Shown here: piece by piece, positions 1-12,139 of the stretch | How positions within the stretch are numbered: position 1 is the first letter of the stretch | Layout of the letters: the number at the start of each line of letters is the position of its first letter | NCBI GenBank assembly: GCA_040954595.2 | Contig: CM082585.2 | Location: 11,575,451-11,639,450 of the forward strand | DNA from: Balanoglossus misakiensis | Taxonomy: Eukaryota > Animalia > Hemichordata | Length of the DNA stretch: 64,000 nucleotides | Direction: 5' to 3' | Notes under the pieces: model-generated | The model's database searches: none | Told to the model about the DNA's origin: nothing | What the model saw: the letters and a program-made list of their open reading frames with translations, nothing else | Translations under genes and position numbers: made by a program

Positions 1-73
1 TTTGATATCGTTTTATGCCAAATTTATTCAAAACTGACAAAAATATACCACTACATGTATTCTGTTTTCACAG

Positions 74-3000
74 GAACTGCATGCTGGCTATGTTGAGTCA
101 CAATTGCTCAGTCAACTGCGAATTGTATGGACTGGTCAGGTCTTTCCATTCTGGGTAAACAAAAATATCTGTATTTTTATGAAAACAGGTAATTTCCTTC
201 TTTTTTTTTATTTGAATTACTTGATCTACATACAGAGCTTATTTTTGTGAAACCATATGCAACCATGACAGTAAAAGTTTAAATAGTTTAGAAGAATTGT
301 TATGTATGGTTAAGGAGCTTTTCATTTCTTTCATTCTTTCAGGCAATGTTGAACCTATGGTTGCACAGTATGCGAAGCTGGAACAGTACACTCAGGTCAT
401 CGTGGCACCAAAGTCTCGACTGCAAGAAAGTTTGCAGAAACCACCCAGACAGCAACGGAGCATGCTCAATGGCCCTGGGAGTGTGAAGAGAGAATCTGAC
501 CCCCAAAGGGCAGTAGATAGTGGGAGTGTGGAGTCGCTCGGCCAAAAAACTAATGAACTGGCAGAGAACAGCAGTGAGAAGTCCCGTGAGAGACCATATG
601 ACAATGTGCTCAAAACGGGCAAGTTAGAGTGGTCTCTGTATCCTGTGTGGTATGCTTCACAATTATACAACTACTTCAGGACTCCTCAAGTTGACGAAAG
701 AAAGTTGAAGGTAAAGGAATCTGAAGAAGATGAAACTGTTGCCTCTAATTCTACTGAATTCAATGGAGTTGATCTGGACGGCATCAATATAGTGCTGCGT
801 GTGCACCCCATGGGGGACAGCACGACTGTGACCGAATCACTCAGCAGACAGTCATCATATGGACACCACATGTCTCAGCAAGCACTGTCACATGACAGTC
901 ACATGACACAGGAGGCCACCAGCCTGATGGAAGATCCGCCTGTGGACACCACTGACCGCTACTCCCACTTGATGCAGCCCACCACTGTCTACATCAACCG
1001 AGACACTCTGATCAACAACATCTCTGATCCCAAAACTCAGTGTCAAGTGGAGATGATGACGAACACAGAATACTCCAGTTTTCTGGCTGTTCTTGCTAAA
1101 GTGCCATCGCCCAAAGAGAGAATCGAAGAATACAGAAAGAAACTGCTGGACTCGGAGGACAAGACTAAAAAGAACCTAGAGCAGAAAAATGCCGGGAAAG
1201 GCAAACAGAGAGATGATAATCAAGATCAATCATCGTACGTCGTTCGTGTGATCGTCTGCAGCGATGAATACAAGACCTCGTCTGATTATCCCTACCCAAC
1301 GGTTTCCATGGCTACTGATTGTTCCTCAGAAGACCTGGTACAGGTGCAGGATTTGTTCCGTCGGCAGTTACACCTGGAAGTGACTGGCAGGGTCCGGCTT
1401 TGCGGATTGCACCATGCACCGTCACCAGTATCAGGCATTACGTTGAACCCTGTCTCTGATTTGGTAAGTCCAGACAATAAGTCAGATACCAGTGAAGTTG
1501 AGAGTAGTCAAGCAGAAATAAATTGCTAATCAGAGACAATTTCAGTGATAACATCTCTGTAATCAACCAATCAGACATCACAATTCACTTGCAACATTCT
1601 TCTTTTATTTATAGCCAAAAGGTATTGACCACTCAGAGATCATTTATGCATTTCAACTGTGGGTTGCCTGTGTCTCCTGCATGATGTATCCACTTCCCAT
1701 CAATCAAGGAACCCTCGTCAGATTTCCGATTTCAAGACATGAGGGTAAGTAGAAGTAGCACGACAAAAATCATCGCAATTAAAACCCCTCTCAACTTGCT
1801 GTGCAAAACCTCTTCTTGCCCAGTGATACATTTATGTTATCTATAAACACATGTCAGCAAATATTTCACACTTTGATTTCTTCTTTTCTCCTTTCAGATC
1901 ATTATGGTGAATTTTTGATTACACTGCTTCCTCCTAGTGGTGACACATCCAGAATGCAATATTTTCTTCTGCATCCGTATATTGCAAGAAAAGTGAAGAT
2001 CACAGTGGCTGAGAAGCTTTCACCCCAGTCTAAGCTTCCCTCAGTACCCAGCATGCCTTGCAGCAATGTTCGCCAGTTGGATCCGCCTATAGTGGGAGCC
2101 AGAATAAGAGATTTAGGGTAAGGAGGCCATCTTTTATGAAATATATTGAATTTGTAGATAAGATAAAAAAGATCTAATTCTGTTTCCTTTCTCGTTTTAA
2201 TTGTAGCGGTGTGAACACTCCCAGCCAGACAGCACTTGACCATCTCAAGGTCAGCCTAGGAATCCGTCCACTGGCGAATTTTATCTGCAAGCAAACAAGA
2301 GGCCTATTCAATGGAGGCTTACTCATCCATGGTGCTAAAGGTGTCGGTAAATCCACTCTGGCGAGGGCACTGTCTAGAGAAGTCAGTGAATGGCCTTATC
2401 TGTGCTTCACCACTATCATTCAATGCAAACAACTCAAAGGTAGCTCTACGAATTGTTATATACTTTTGTGTTGAACTTTGCCACAAACTGCAAATTTTCA
2501 GGCTGAATATGTTATTGATATACTAGGAATAAAAAGATACCACTTCTAAACTAAAATAGAATAATCCTTCTCAGATACTTCAGTCATGAGTGTCTATGTC
2601 ATATTTCATTTTCTCTTCAAGGCAAGAGAGTAGAGAATATTCGGAAGTTATGGGATGAGGCCTTCCAGGAAGCATTTTGGAGACAGCCATCTGTGATCGT
2701 ATTGGACGATTTGGATCATGTGACCAGTTCTCCGCTGGGCCCCGAACAGGAACTCGGTCCAGAGGCTGTCTACAACACTAGGGTTGCTCAAAGTATGTAC
2801 TTTTTCAAATCCAGATCCAGTAACTATTGAAAAAGTCAAAGTTTTAGCCGATGTTTTGTGAGTCTCAAAGGAACCACTGGTAATTCATATCTTGATTATC
2901 TCTTTCTTATGACAGCCCTGAAGGACATCATCTTGTCATCACTGTCAGCCAATCATCAAGTGGCTCTCATAGCAACCAGCAAATCACAGAAGACCATCCA

Positions 3001-5893
3001 TCCATCACTGGTGGCAACAAGAGGGACTCACATCTTCCAAAATATCATCGAGCTTACTCCACCAAGTGCAGTGAGTAATACAGCCACTTTTGTTCTTCAC
3101 CTGACCCCTGACCTTTTAATGTTTGCAGTAAAGAGTACACAGACTGTCTGAACAAAGAAGAGTGCTTTTTTAATTGCAGGCGGAAAGAAAGGAAATCTTC
3201 AAATCTGTGATCGAGTCAAAGACAGAGGTGGACATGAGAAGCATCAACTCCATGAATTTGGAAAGTATTTCATCCAAAACAGAAGGCTATGTTGCGAGGG
3301 ACATTGTGATGGTTGTCGAGCGGGCCATACATGCAGCCAGTAGAAGGGAGCTGTGTGAAAACCTGTGTGTTGCCCTGGAAACAGAAGGTGTGATATGCAT
3401 TTTGTTGTTGCATTTTTAGTGGCATTATCATGTGTACAGTTGATGTTATTATTTTCTCGCAATATTTTGTCTTTCAGAAGGGACGGGCGAGATTCTTTTG
3501 ACAGACACTGACTTCCATGCAGCACTGGATAATTTCACTCCATTGTCATTGCTGAATGTACCACTGCATAGTGCCGGAAAACTTGGTTGGCAGGACATCG
3601 GAGGGCTGACAGAGGTGAAAAGAACACTGATAGAAACACTAGAACTACCAGCCAAGGTGAGCTTGTTAAATTCTTGTCTTGTTTTATTTTCTCACAAGTG
3701 AGGCACAATAATGTGAGTATAATGATTCTATTTTGTTACTCTCCACTACAGTACCCAGCATTATTTAGTAATTGCCCACTGAGACTCAGATCTGGACTTC
3801 TGTTGTACGGGGCGCCAGGAACAGGGAAAACTCTTCTTGCAGGCATTGTGGCAAAGGAATGTGGTTTACGTTTCATCAGTATAAAGGTATGTTTGGGAAA
3901 CAGTGAATATTTATACAATCTGATCATCCAATTCTTTTGCAGTTTTAGATTTTCTATAACTCTGCTAATAATTGGTCTTTTGCATTCATTGATAGGTAGG
4001 TACCCTGTAATTGTTATGTGGCAGGAAACTTTTATTGGTCATCTGTTTTTTCATTCATAACACTTTGTTTTGCAGGGACCTGAGTTGCTGAGTAAGTACA
4101 TAGGTGCCAGTGAGCAAGCAGTTAGAGATATGTTTACCAGAGCCCAGAGTGCTAAACCATGTATTCTGTTCTTTGATGAGTTTGACTCCCTGGCTCCAAG
4201 GTAAGACTTAATTAAATTGACCCCCTAGGTTCATAGAAGGTATAAATGTGACTCCCTAGCATCCAAAGTTAGTGTTTGATTTCCCAATGTCACCTTGAAA
4301 TCAGTAATCAGACTTCTCATCTCCAGAGCAAATATCATATTCCAATGCTCTGTCATTTACATACCCTATTTGTTTTGCCATTGAAGGAGAGGTCATGACA
4401 GTACAGGGGTCACAGACAGAGTGGTCAATCAACTTTTGACCCAACTTGACGGTGTGGAGTCGCTGGATGGTGAGTAGAACATCACACTCTGTGCCCAATT
4501 ATCCATAAAATAAAGGAATAAAGGAATCATGAATTACAACTTTCAAGAAGTTGAAGTCAAGTTGTTAATTGTGTTTTACTCCTCAGGGGTGTATGTCTTG
4601 GCTGCCACAAGTCGACCTGATTTGATTGACCCTGCTTTGCTCAGACCTGGCAGACTTGATAAATGTCTGTACTGCCCTCTACCAGGCAAGGTGAGAAAGA
4701 TTTCTCTCCCAATAGTTTATCATTATGGTATTTGCCATTTGTATTAGCTTGCATCAGTTCTTATTTATATGGGAGCATTTAGTGTTATCAGGATTGTTTC
4801 ACTATTTTATCACAGGAAGAAAGACTGGAAATTCTGCAAGCTCTCTCAAGAAAAATGCATCTGGACGAAGATGTGCAGTTGGAAACCTTAGCAGAAAAGT
4901 GTGAAGGTTTCACTGGGGCTGATTTCAAGGCATTGTTGTACAATGCACAGCTTGAAGCAATTCATAAAGTGATCGGGTATGAAAACTATGACGTGAACGG
5001 CCATCAGGATGCAGATCAGGACTTGGAGATGATTGAGGTCGCGAGGAAGATCGAAGCTAATGATTGGCAGCTGACTTTTATGGAAGCAAATGGGGAGAAT
5101 GGATTCACCTCGCTTGAGAAATGTTCCGAGGAGCGACAGTCGTTCATCAAACAGATGAAGGAATCCATGCAGAAACACGCCGTGCAACAACAACAACAAC
5201 AACAACAACAACCACTTACCGGCACCCAGATTGGTGATGAAGCAAATGCTGCTGCAAGTGATGAGGATGAAACCGACTCTAAACTTGAGGAAATGCCGTT
5301 CAACGACCTGCAGAAAGTCACTTACATGCCGACAGTCCGAGATGGGATTTTAGATGTAGAGCATGATGTACCAAGCAAAGTCATTGAAGAGGTTAATATC
5401 ATCAGGGAAAATTACTATCATCAACAACACAGACTACATGAGGTGAGACCATTTGATGTTTCATCAAATGTTCATTTGTCTCCGATCAGCATATTTAAAG
5501 TAACAGCCAGAACCATTTCACTAATAATAATGATATAGACCCATCTAATCAGTAGTTATGTCTATTTTAAAATATGCAGATTGATCCCGGAAAGACCGAC
5601 ACCAAGAGAAAGAGAAATGCCATAAAAATTAGTCAAGAATATTTGATGAATGCTGCCATGGTGATGAGACCTTCAGTGTCACCAAGGGAACAAGTGAAAT
5701 ACCAGATGATGTAAGTAAACAAATTTTTTTATCTGGTTCCTATTTCATTGTCAATCTCCGCTTGACTTCAATTCATCTTGAACTGTGTTATTGTTGTTAT
5801 TTTGTTTCCAGTTATGGTAATTTTGTCAAGTCCAGAGGAGGTGACTTCGGTCTGTCTGAATCTACTGGAGAAAAACGAACAACCCTTGCTTAG
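74..5893 (+). CDS. PEX1: Peroxisomal AAA+ ATPase PEX1, multi-exon; 5' end lies upstream of the window
   Basis: Spliced exons give [19 protein letters not shown] (PEX1 N-domain), D1 Walker [11 protein letters not shown]2 WQDIGGL...[65 protein letters not shown] and [22 protein letters not shown]. The C-terminus KRTTLA* resembles PEX1 KVTLA. Introns are GT-AG. Confidence 0.95.
5185..5211 (+). repeat. (CAA)9 coding microsatellite giving polyglutamine in the PEX1 C-terminal region
   Basis: Nine tandem CAA, in frame in the exon ([13 protein letters not shown]). Confidence 0.95.
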
Positions 5894-6425
5894 GATCTGA
5901 TAAATACTTTGAAGTGAACACACTGATCTGTCACTGAAGGGTCATTCTCTGAGAGATTAAGGGAACTATGCATTTCATCACACGTTTGATAGTTGAACAG
6001 TTTCTTTATTAGGCCTTCTTTGGCAAACAGCATAAAAAGTTTGACAAAACATTGAATATTCACTTGAAAGAGATCAAAATTATATGTATTCACATTTCTT
6101 CACAGTAAAACTGCACTGTTTAAAGACTCATAATTAAAAGATGTTTTTCTTTGGGCAGCAATCAATGTAAAATCATTTACATGTTAGAAATTGTAAAGAA
6201 AAATCTACAGGAAGTTTTGTTGAGGAAGTTCTTTCTGTGACTGGCATTTTTTATATTCGAATGAATCAAACTGTCTTGCTAGCTGCTTTTCCAATACATG
6301 TATGTCCTTTCCTCAAAGGTGCAATATTTTCTACTGATTTGTAAGAAACTGTATTTTCTATTTCCTAGGGAATAATTTTGCAATAAAAAAGGGATAATTC
6401 ATGATACTAGTAACATGTTTTTGTA

Positions 6426-8044
6426 TTATTTTTGTTTTGCTGCCTTTCTTTTCTTCTTCTGCCTCTGACGTTTCTCATTTGGAATATTTTTCATTTGTTT
6501 CACGTTCAGTTCTTGATACTCTATTTTTCCTTTTGCAGGCTTTTTCTTCTTTTTCTTTTCTTTTACTTCTGGTTCAGCTTTCCGTTTCTTCGTGTTCCTC
6601 TCTTTTAGTTGTGTTTCAGTTTTCTGTCTTTTCTTCTTTTTCTTTTCCTTTATTTGTGGTTCAAGTTTCTGTCTCTTAGCAGGAGGCTCCAAATCTTCTG
6701 TTGTGTCCAAGATGACATAAGAGTCTCTACTTGATTTGTCCAAACCAGTTTTATCCAGTCCAGTTCGGTTCTCACGCACATCAGACTGGCAAACTCCACT
6801 CTGTATTGAGTCACCATGCTGGAGCTTCACATTGGCCTTGTGGGTCGCTATTTTCTGAGTCAGCACCTCACGGTGTTTCAACCATGGCACTGTTAATGGC
6901 GGCGCTTTTGCAACAACAAACTTCACAAGATCATCAAACGCAGGGTTATCATCTTCACCACAGTGCTGAAAACAAAATATGATTTGTTAAAATGTTAATA
7001 CAATTCATGTCCTAGGGTTATGGCAAAAAAATAAACCTCAAAATCAACCATGACCACGTCACTTTAAAAAGAAAAACACTACCTTGAATCCAATGGCTAG
7101 CAAAGAAGTAAACCCAAGAATGGGTGCCAAGGTGTTGCTAAGCGATGATACACACAGAGCTGGTGTCTGCCGTGACACGCACAGCGGGATCAGGTGAGTA
7201 GTTAATAATTCTGGTTTGACTGATTTGCAAACCATGACCAATCTCAGCTGACTTCTCTCCAAACCTTTGGTGACTTCGTTGATGCCATATAGGAGCTGGG
7301 ATCTGAAAGAGTTGTTGAAGTATGTTCTTGGGTACAATGAGACAAAAGTAACAGAAAGGCAAAGGAGCAAAAATAATTAAATAGACTACAGAACATTGGG
7401 TGAATCTCCATTCTTTTCAGTGATGGGCTAAACCACTACACAAGATTCATACCTTAACTTTGATGCTTCAATCTTTTTCTTTGCACTCTCTGGGTCATTT
7501 TCAGCTTTTTCTTCTAATTTCCTCTTTTCTGTTCTCTTTCTGTTGACTGATTTTCGTTTCTTGAGACGAGACTCCAATGGCTGGAAAACACTACGAGAGA
7601 AAAATCAAAACATTTGTTGAATTGACACAAACGAAATAATTTTAGTCCAACATGGCTTGGCCAATTTAGAGCTGAATATTTTAAATTTAAACAATGTTTA
7701 GGTGACAATGTCTTACCTTTGAATTTCTTGCAATATTAAAGCTGTATCACCTCCTTGCAATCTGGGCCTGCAATAAATTAAAGTTAAACCATAGATACTC
7801 TACAATAGCATGCGCCTGTATGTTCATGTACATGTGATTTTACAAGACCATGATGGGATGATTGGATTATTTTGGGGGGAAAGAGTCTGACAATAACATG
7901 TATGTTTATGTACCGGTATTATGCATGCAATACACACACACACGTGCACACACATACAAACATAGAACCTTACCACGAAATCTTATATGGCGAGTCTATT
8001 GAGTTTTTGACAGTGAACTTGTCTCCCTGCTTTTCGTTACCCAT
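6426..8044 (-). CDS. RPP38: Ribonuclease P/MRP protein subunit p38-like (L7Ae fold) with a Lys-rich tail, multi-exon
   Basis: The first exon MGNEKQGDKFTVKNSIDSPYKISW resembles RPP38 KTSLNNPY..W. An L7Ae-type exon reads RSQLLYGINEVTKGLERSQLRLVMVCKSVKPELLTTHLIPLCVSRQTPA. The last exon has VPWL followed by a basic tail. Confidence 0.85.
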
Positions 8045-8316
8045 GCCTATGACATATGGAACAGCGACTAGGACCAGATCTTCTTTCTAGCCTCGCATAT
8101 CAGGCACGTTTATCGTTGTGAAGCTTGTATCATGTGATCACTGTCCCCTCGTAACCTTTGACCTGAAATCAGGTGACTTTAGAAGTCGTTCCCGCGTGCT
8201 GGTCAAAACACTCAAAGGTCAAGTATGAAGTTTTCAGGGTGACAGTTGTTTTTATTGAAAGAGCTGTTGTTGTAGGTCGTTCTTATTGGAGATTTTGACT
8301 CCTTATTCTACCAAAG
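8045..8316. promoter_or_regulatory. Bidirectional promoter between RPP38-like and RNASEH2B
   Basis: Divergent ATGs 272 bp apart. Contains an E2F-like TTCCCGCG and DR1-like motifs (AACCTTTGACCT, CAAAGGTCA). Confidence 0.6.
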
Positions 8317-11300
8317 ATGCCAAAAGCTGCCAGAAAAGCTTCCGAAAAGGAGCGAAATCAATGGGTTATAGTTTTACCAGGTGAGTCTATGATATGAACA
8401 CCATGTCGATTTTTGGTTAGCTGCCCTCTCGAGCTGCTGATGAACTCAGTGCCTGGGCTTCACTGTCAATATTTTATTTTATCAAAATGTCACTGTTCAG
8501 ATTTGAATTTGTGTGTTCTAGTCCATTGATGTCGTCGTGACACAGATAAATATTTTATTTTCAGAATCCGAAATCAGTGATATAAAACCCAATGACCAGG
8601 AACCAAACTTTGTCAAGTTAAGACATCCCAAGACAGGTGTGTAATAAATTATTGTGTATTATATTATACCAGTATATTGATGGTGTAAATCACGCTATTT
8701 GATTGGTCGAGACACGACACGTGACCGTGATATATTAGCCATATACCACAGTCATATATCATAGTCAAAGAAAATGCCTTTTTAAAATGTTTTATGCAAA
8801 GTTTCAATATACTGGCATAATATAATAGCAATAAAACACCCCCAGCCATGGTATACCACTCGATTTTGACCAGTTCAACTCCATATACGCACTCGCTATC
8901 GCTCGTGCGTATATGTCGTGAACTGGTCAAAATCTCGTGGTATACCATGGCTGGGGGTGTTTTATTGCTTAAATAAATGAATGAAATAGAATGAATGTAT
9001 AAATCTGGTTATTTTTCTTTGGTTAAAACCTTTCACACACACATTACCTTTGGGTTGCTTTTCCTCCCCAGACCAAGGTGCTATGTTTATGTTCAGTAGC
9101 AACAATACCAAAGTGTTAGAAGTTCTACGCTTTGAAGACGAGTACAGATCATGGTTTATTGGTCAGACAGTGCAAGAAGGTGAGTTGTCATTTCTGATCA
9201 AAATTCAATCAATCAGATCTACAGTACAAATAAATCCATCCCAATAAAATACTATCTTGAAATCTGCTTAATAAATTTATTCTTGTTTTTTTCAGATGGA
9301 AGCTTATATATTACAACACCAATTGATCCTCTTTTCTTAACACTGCCATATCTCATGAGAGCTGATCAGGTATGTTCGCTATGAAAAATCATACATTTTT
9401 CAATTCACCTCTTATTAATCAATATTAACCTGAAAATAACTTGTGAATATACAAATGTAGATTTTTAGAAAAGGACTCTGACATAGCTCTGAACATTCAT
9501 CCAAATCATCATCATTTCTTATTTTATCTTGTCTTCCTTTGCAGAGTGGTATGTACATGACGTTGGATCAAATCTTATCCGATGGAGATTACCCACAGTG
9601 CACTAGGTTAAGTGAATGCAAAGGATTGGTTGATCTGACTTGTGTTGCAGACTGGAAAGGTGAATATATTGCCAAAATGGCTATAATTTATGACAGCATA
9701 TATCATGTTTGAGAGTGAGACAGAGATGAGCCATTATGTGTGGTCATCCTTTCTTTGCATTATTTTCTCCAAATTATCCTGTGTTTCTGATGTTGAGAAC
9801 TTTTATAAACTTGATCTTCTATGCAACTGTACAGGCAGCGACGACATAAAAGCTTACAGATACAGCAAAACGAAGACACTGGAATGGCTGAAAATGAAAG
9901 TTGAAAGAACGGCCGAAAAACTTAAAGGAAAGAAAATCCACACTGGTGGTGGTTCCAAAGTAGAAACTTTTGTCAGAAGTAAAAAAGATGAAGCAACTAA
10001 AGGTAAAGTTAGCTTAGCTGTGGTATCCAATGTTCAAATGCTGAGAATTGGAAATTCACAAACTGCAATTCCACACCTGGCATGTTTGAGTGTAATACTG
10101 TATGATTAGATAATGTTGATGTTTATTGACGTTTTTATCCCTGGCAGATGACTACATACGTTATAGCTACGGTTTGATATCAGACTACATTAACCCTGAT
10201 TTGAGTCAAGAATTGCATGCACACCTAGGGTAAGTCTTTTAACCAATCCTACTCTTTGACTCACAATGATCAAAACACCCATCAGAACTCGGTATTTGAT
10301 CTGGTATAATGTTGTTACCCGGGTATATGGTGAAAATTGTCATGTTGAAATGTCTTTAACTACCATTTGACTCTCTTTTTTGAAATATTGCAGAATTCAA
10401 GAAATGGTTGAAGAATCCAAAACGAAATCAGAGGAACCACCAGCAAAGGTAAGAAAATGTTCAGTTGTCCCCAAATGTTTGTTGTGGTTCCCAAAAAGAC
10501 AAATTTGTGTGACTTTCACAAGCTTTTTGTATGGTACTATGGCTATATAGAGTTCTCGGGATTCCTAATCTTCATACACCCCTGGGGAATCTTGGCTTCC
10601 AAATTTTTAAGACTTTGAATGCATGAATTTTTTCAGAAACCAAGACTTGCCAATGGAACAGAGCCAGAAGAAGACTACACCAAGTTTAACAGCGGGGGAA
10701 ATAAAAAACAAGACAAGGTAATGCAAAAAATAATACAGCAGTTTATGTTCTGTTTACAAACAATTTGAGAGTAGAGTTAAAACAATCAGTGATTCCACAA
10801 TACTACTATGATAATGAATGCCTTGTCACATGAATATTATCATAGTAAGAGGTGATAATGCCCCATCTTTTCTAGCCAAGGTATGTTTATTTCGGCATGT
10901 TGACCTCCCTGAAATCATACCTTGGCCTGAGGGCTGTAATTACTATGTTTCACAAGCATCATCACACGGTCATAAAAGAAGGCCTTTTTTAGAAGACAAT
11001 CGCGTAATGTCTACCAACTGCGGCTGGTGCATGTGCACTTCACGGAACCACACTTATGAAGATGGGGATGCGTATGAACTTAGAAGGTGAGCTTGAGGAA
11101 CGTGACTAGTGGAACTGGAAGTTGAAAATCTTAGTGCTATCAGGGACTTTGTCTTGCAGAACTAACGAAAACTGTTTACCATGATTATATGTAACACTTG
11201 CTTTGATTTGTATTTTTTTTTAACAAAATGTGAGCACAGTGCCCACTGACGCTATTTTTATCATTATATTAGGTGAAGCTGACAGCAGCACAGAAAGCAC

Positions 11301-11374
11301 TGCAGAAGGTGGACAAGACTGGAATGAAGAGTATTGCTAGCTTCTTTTCAAAACCACCCAAGAAAACAAAATGA
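8317..11374 (+). CDS. RNASEH2B: Ribonuclease H2 subunit B, multi-exon
   Basis: Exons give FVKLRHPKT, YRSWFIGQTVQEDGSLYITTPIDPLFLTLPYL, AYRYSKTKTLEWLKMKV, YIRYSYGLISDYI and EPEEDYTKFN. The C-terminus KLTAAQKALQKVDKTGMKSIASFF carries the PIP box typical of RNASEH2B. Confidence 0.95.
8663..8969. mobile_element. Palindromic non-autonomous DNA element in RNASEH2B intron 2
   Basis: An inverted pair TTATACCAGTATATTGA / TCAATATACTGGCATAA (about 8663-8820) is followed by a near-perfect hairpin of about 65 bp (8827-8969). No coding capacity. Confidence 0.75.
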
Positions 11375-12139
11375 CTGAAAATCTGCATTTTGTTGTTTAC
11401 ATCAAATACTCTGGGATGTACCACAATCTGGGATTGTGGGGAAGCTGGACCCTTGGTGCTGGTCAAGAAATCTTCACGTCTGTGTTCCAATTCTGACTGT
11501 TTGATTCACTGATATAGGATTTTAGCTTTTGTAACTGAAATAAGTTTATTCACCTGGAAAAACTTCCTCTGAAATGAATATTAAATTTCTCTGGGAGAGG
11601 TCTCCGAAGTCTGAAAGGTGTACAATACTGCCAAAGCATTGGAAATGTGGATTTATGTGTTTTCAAATATTAAGCTGTTTCATAAATATACACTGTCAAC
11701 TTCAAGGAACTTTCAGAGAAATGTCTATTTTTCAGTATGTTGTATCCTGTTGATATAAATCCAGTTAACCTCATATGTAATTAACTGCCTTTACTTCAGA
11801 GTGATTGGGTGTTGTGCAAATATATATATATAGCAATACTTCTTTAATACACAGTGGTACATGGTGTAATGGCCAACCTGGAGTGTGTAATTTACCGGCT
11901 TGGGTACAATAAAGAGACCTTTGATAGAAAATAGCCGTTGTTGTACTTTATTTTTAAAATATACCAGGATTTTTTTGTAGAAGAAAAGTTCCCCATAATG
12001 ACTCTCAAAAATACAAATTCCATATGCATCCACATGTTTATAGAAACCATTTCCCATAGAAAGCTAAATTTGTAATTCATAGCCTGTTACTTAATATGTC
12101 ATTGTGCGTTTAGCAATTACATGTGGCAATGACATTATC

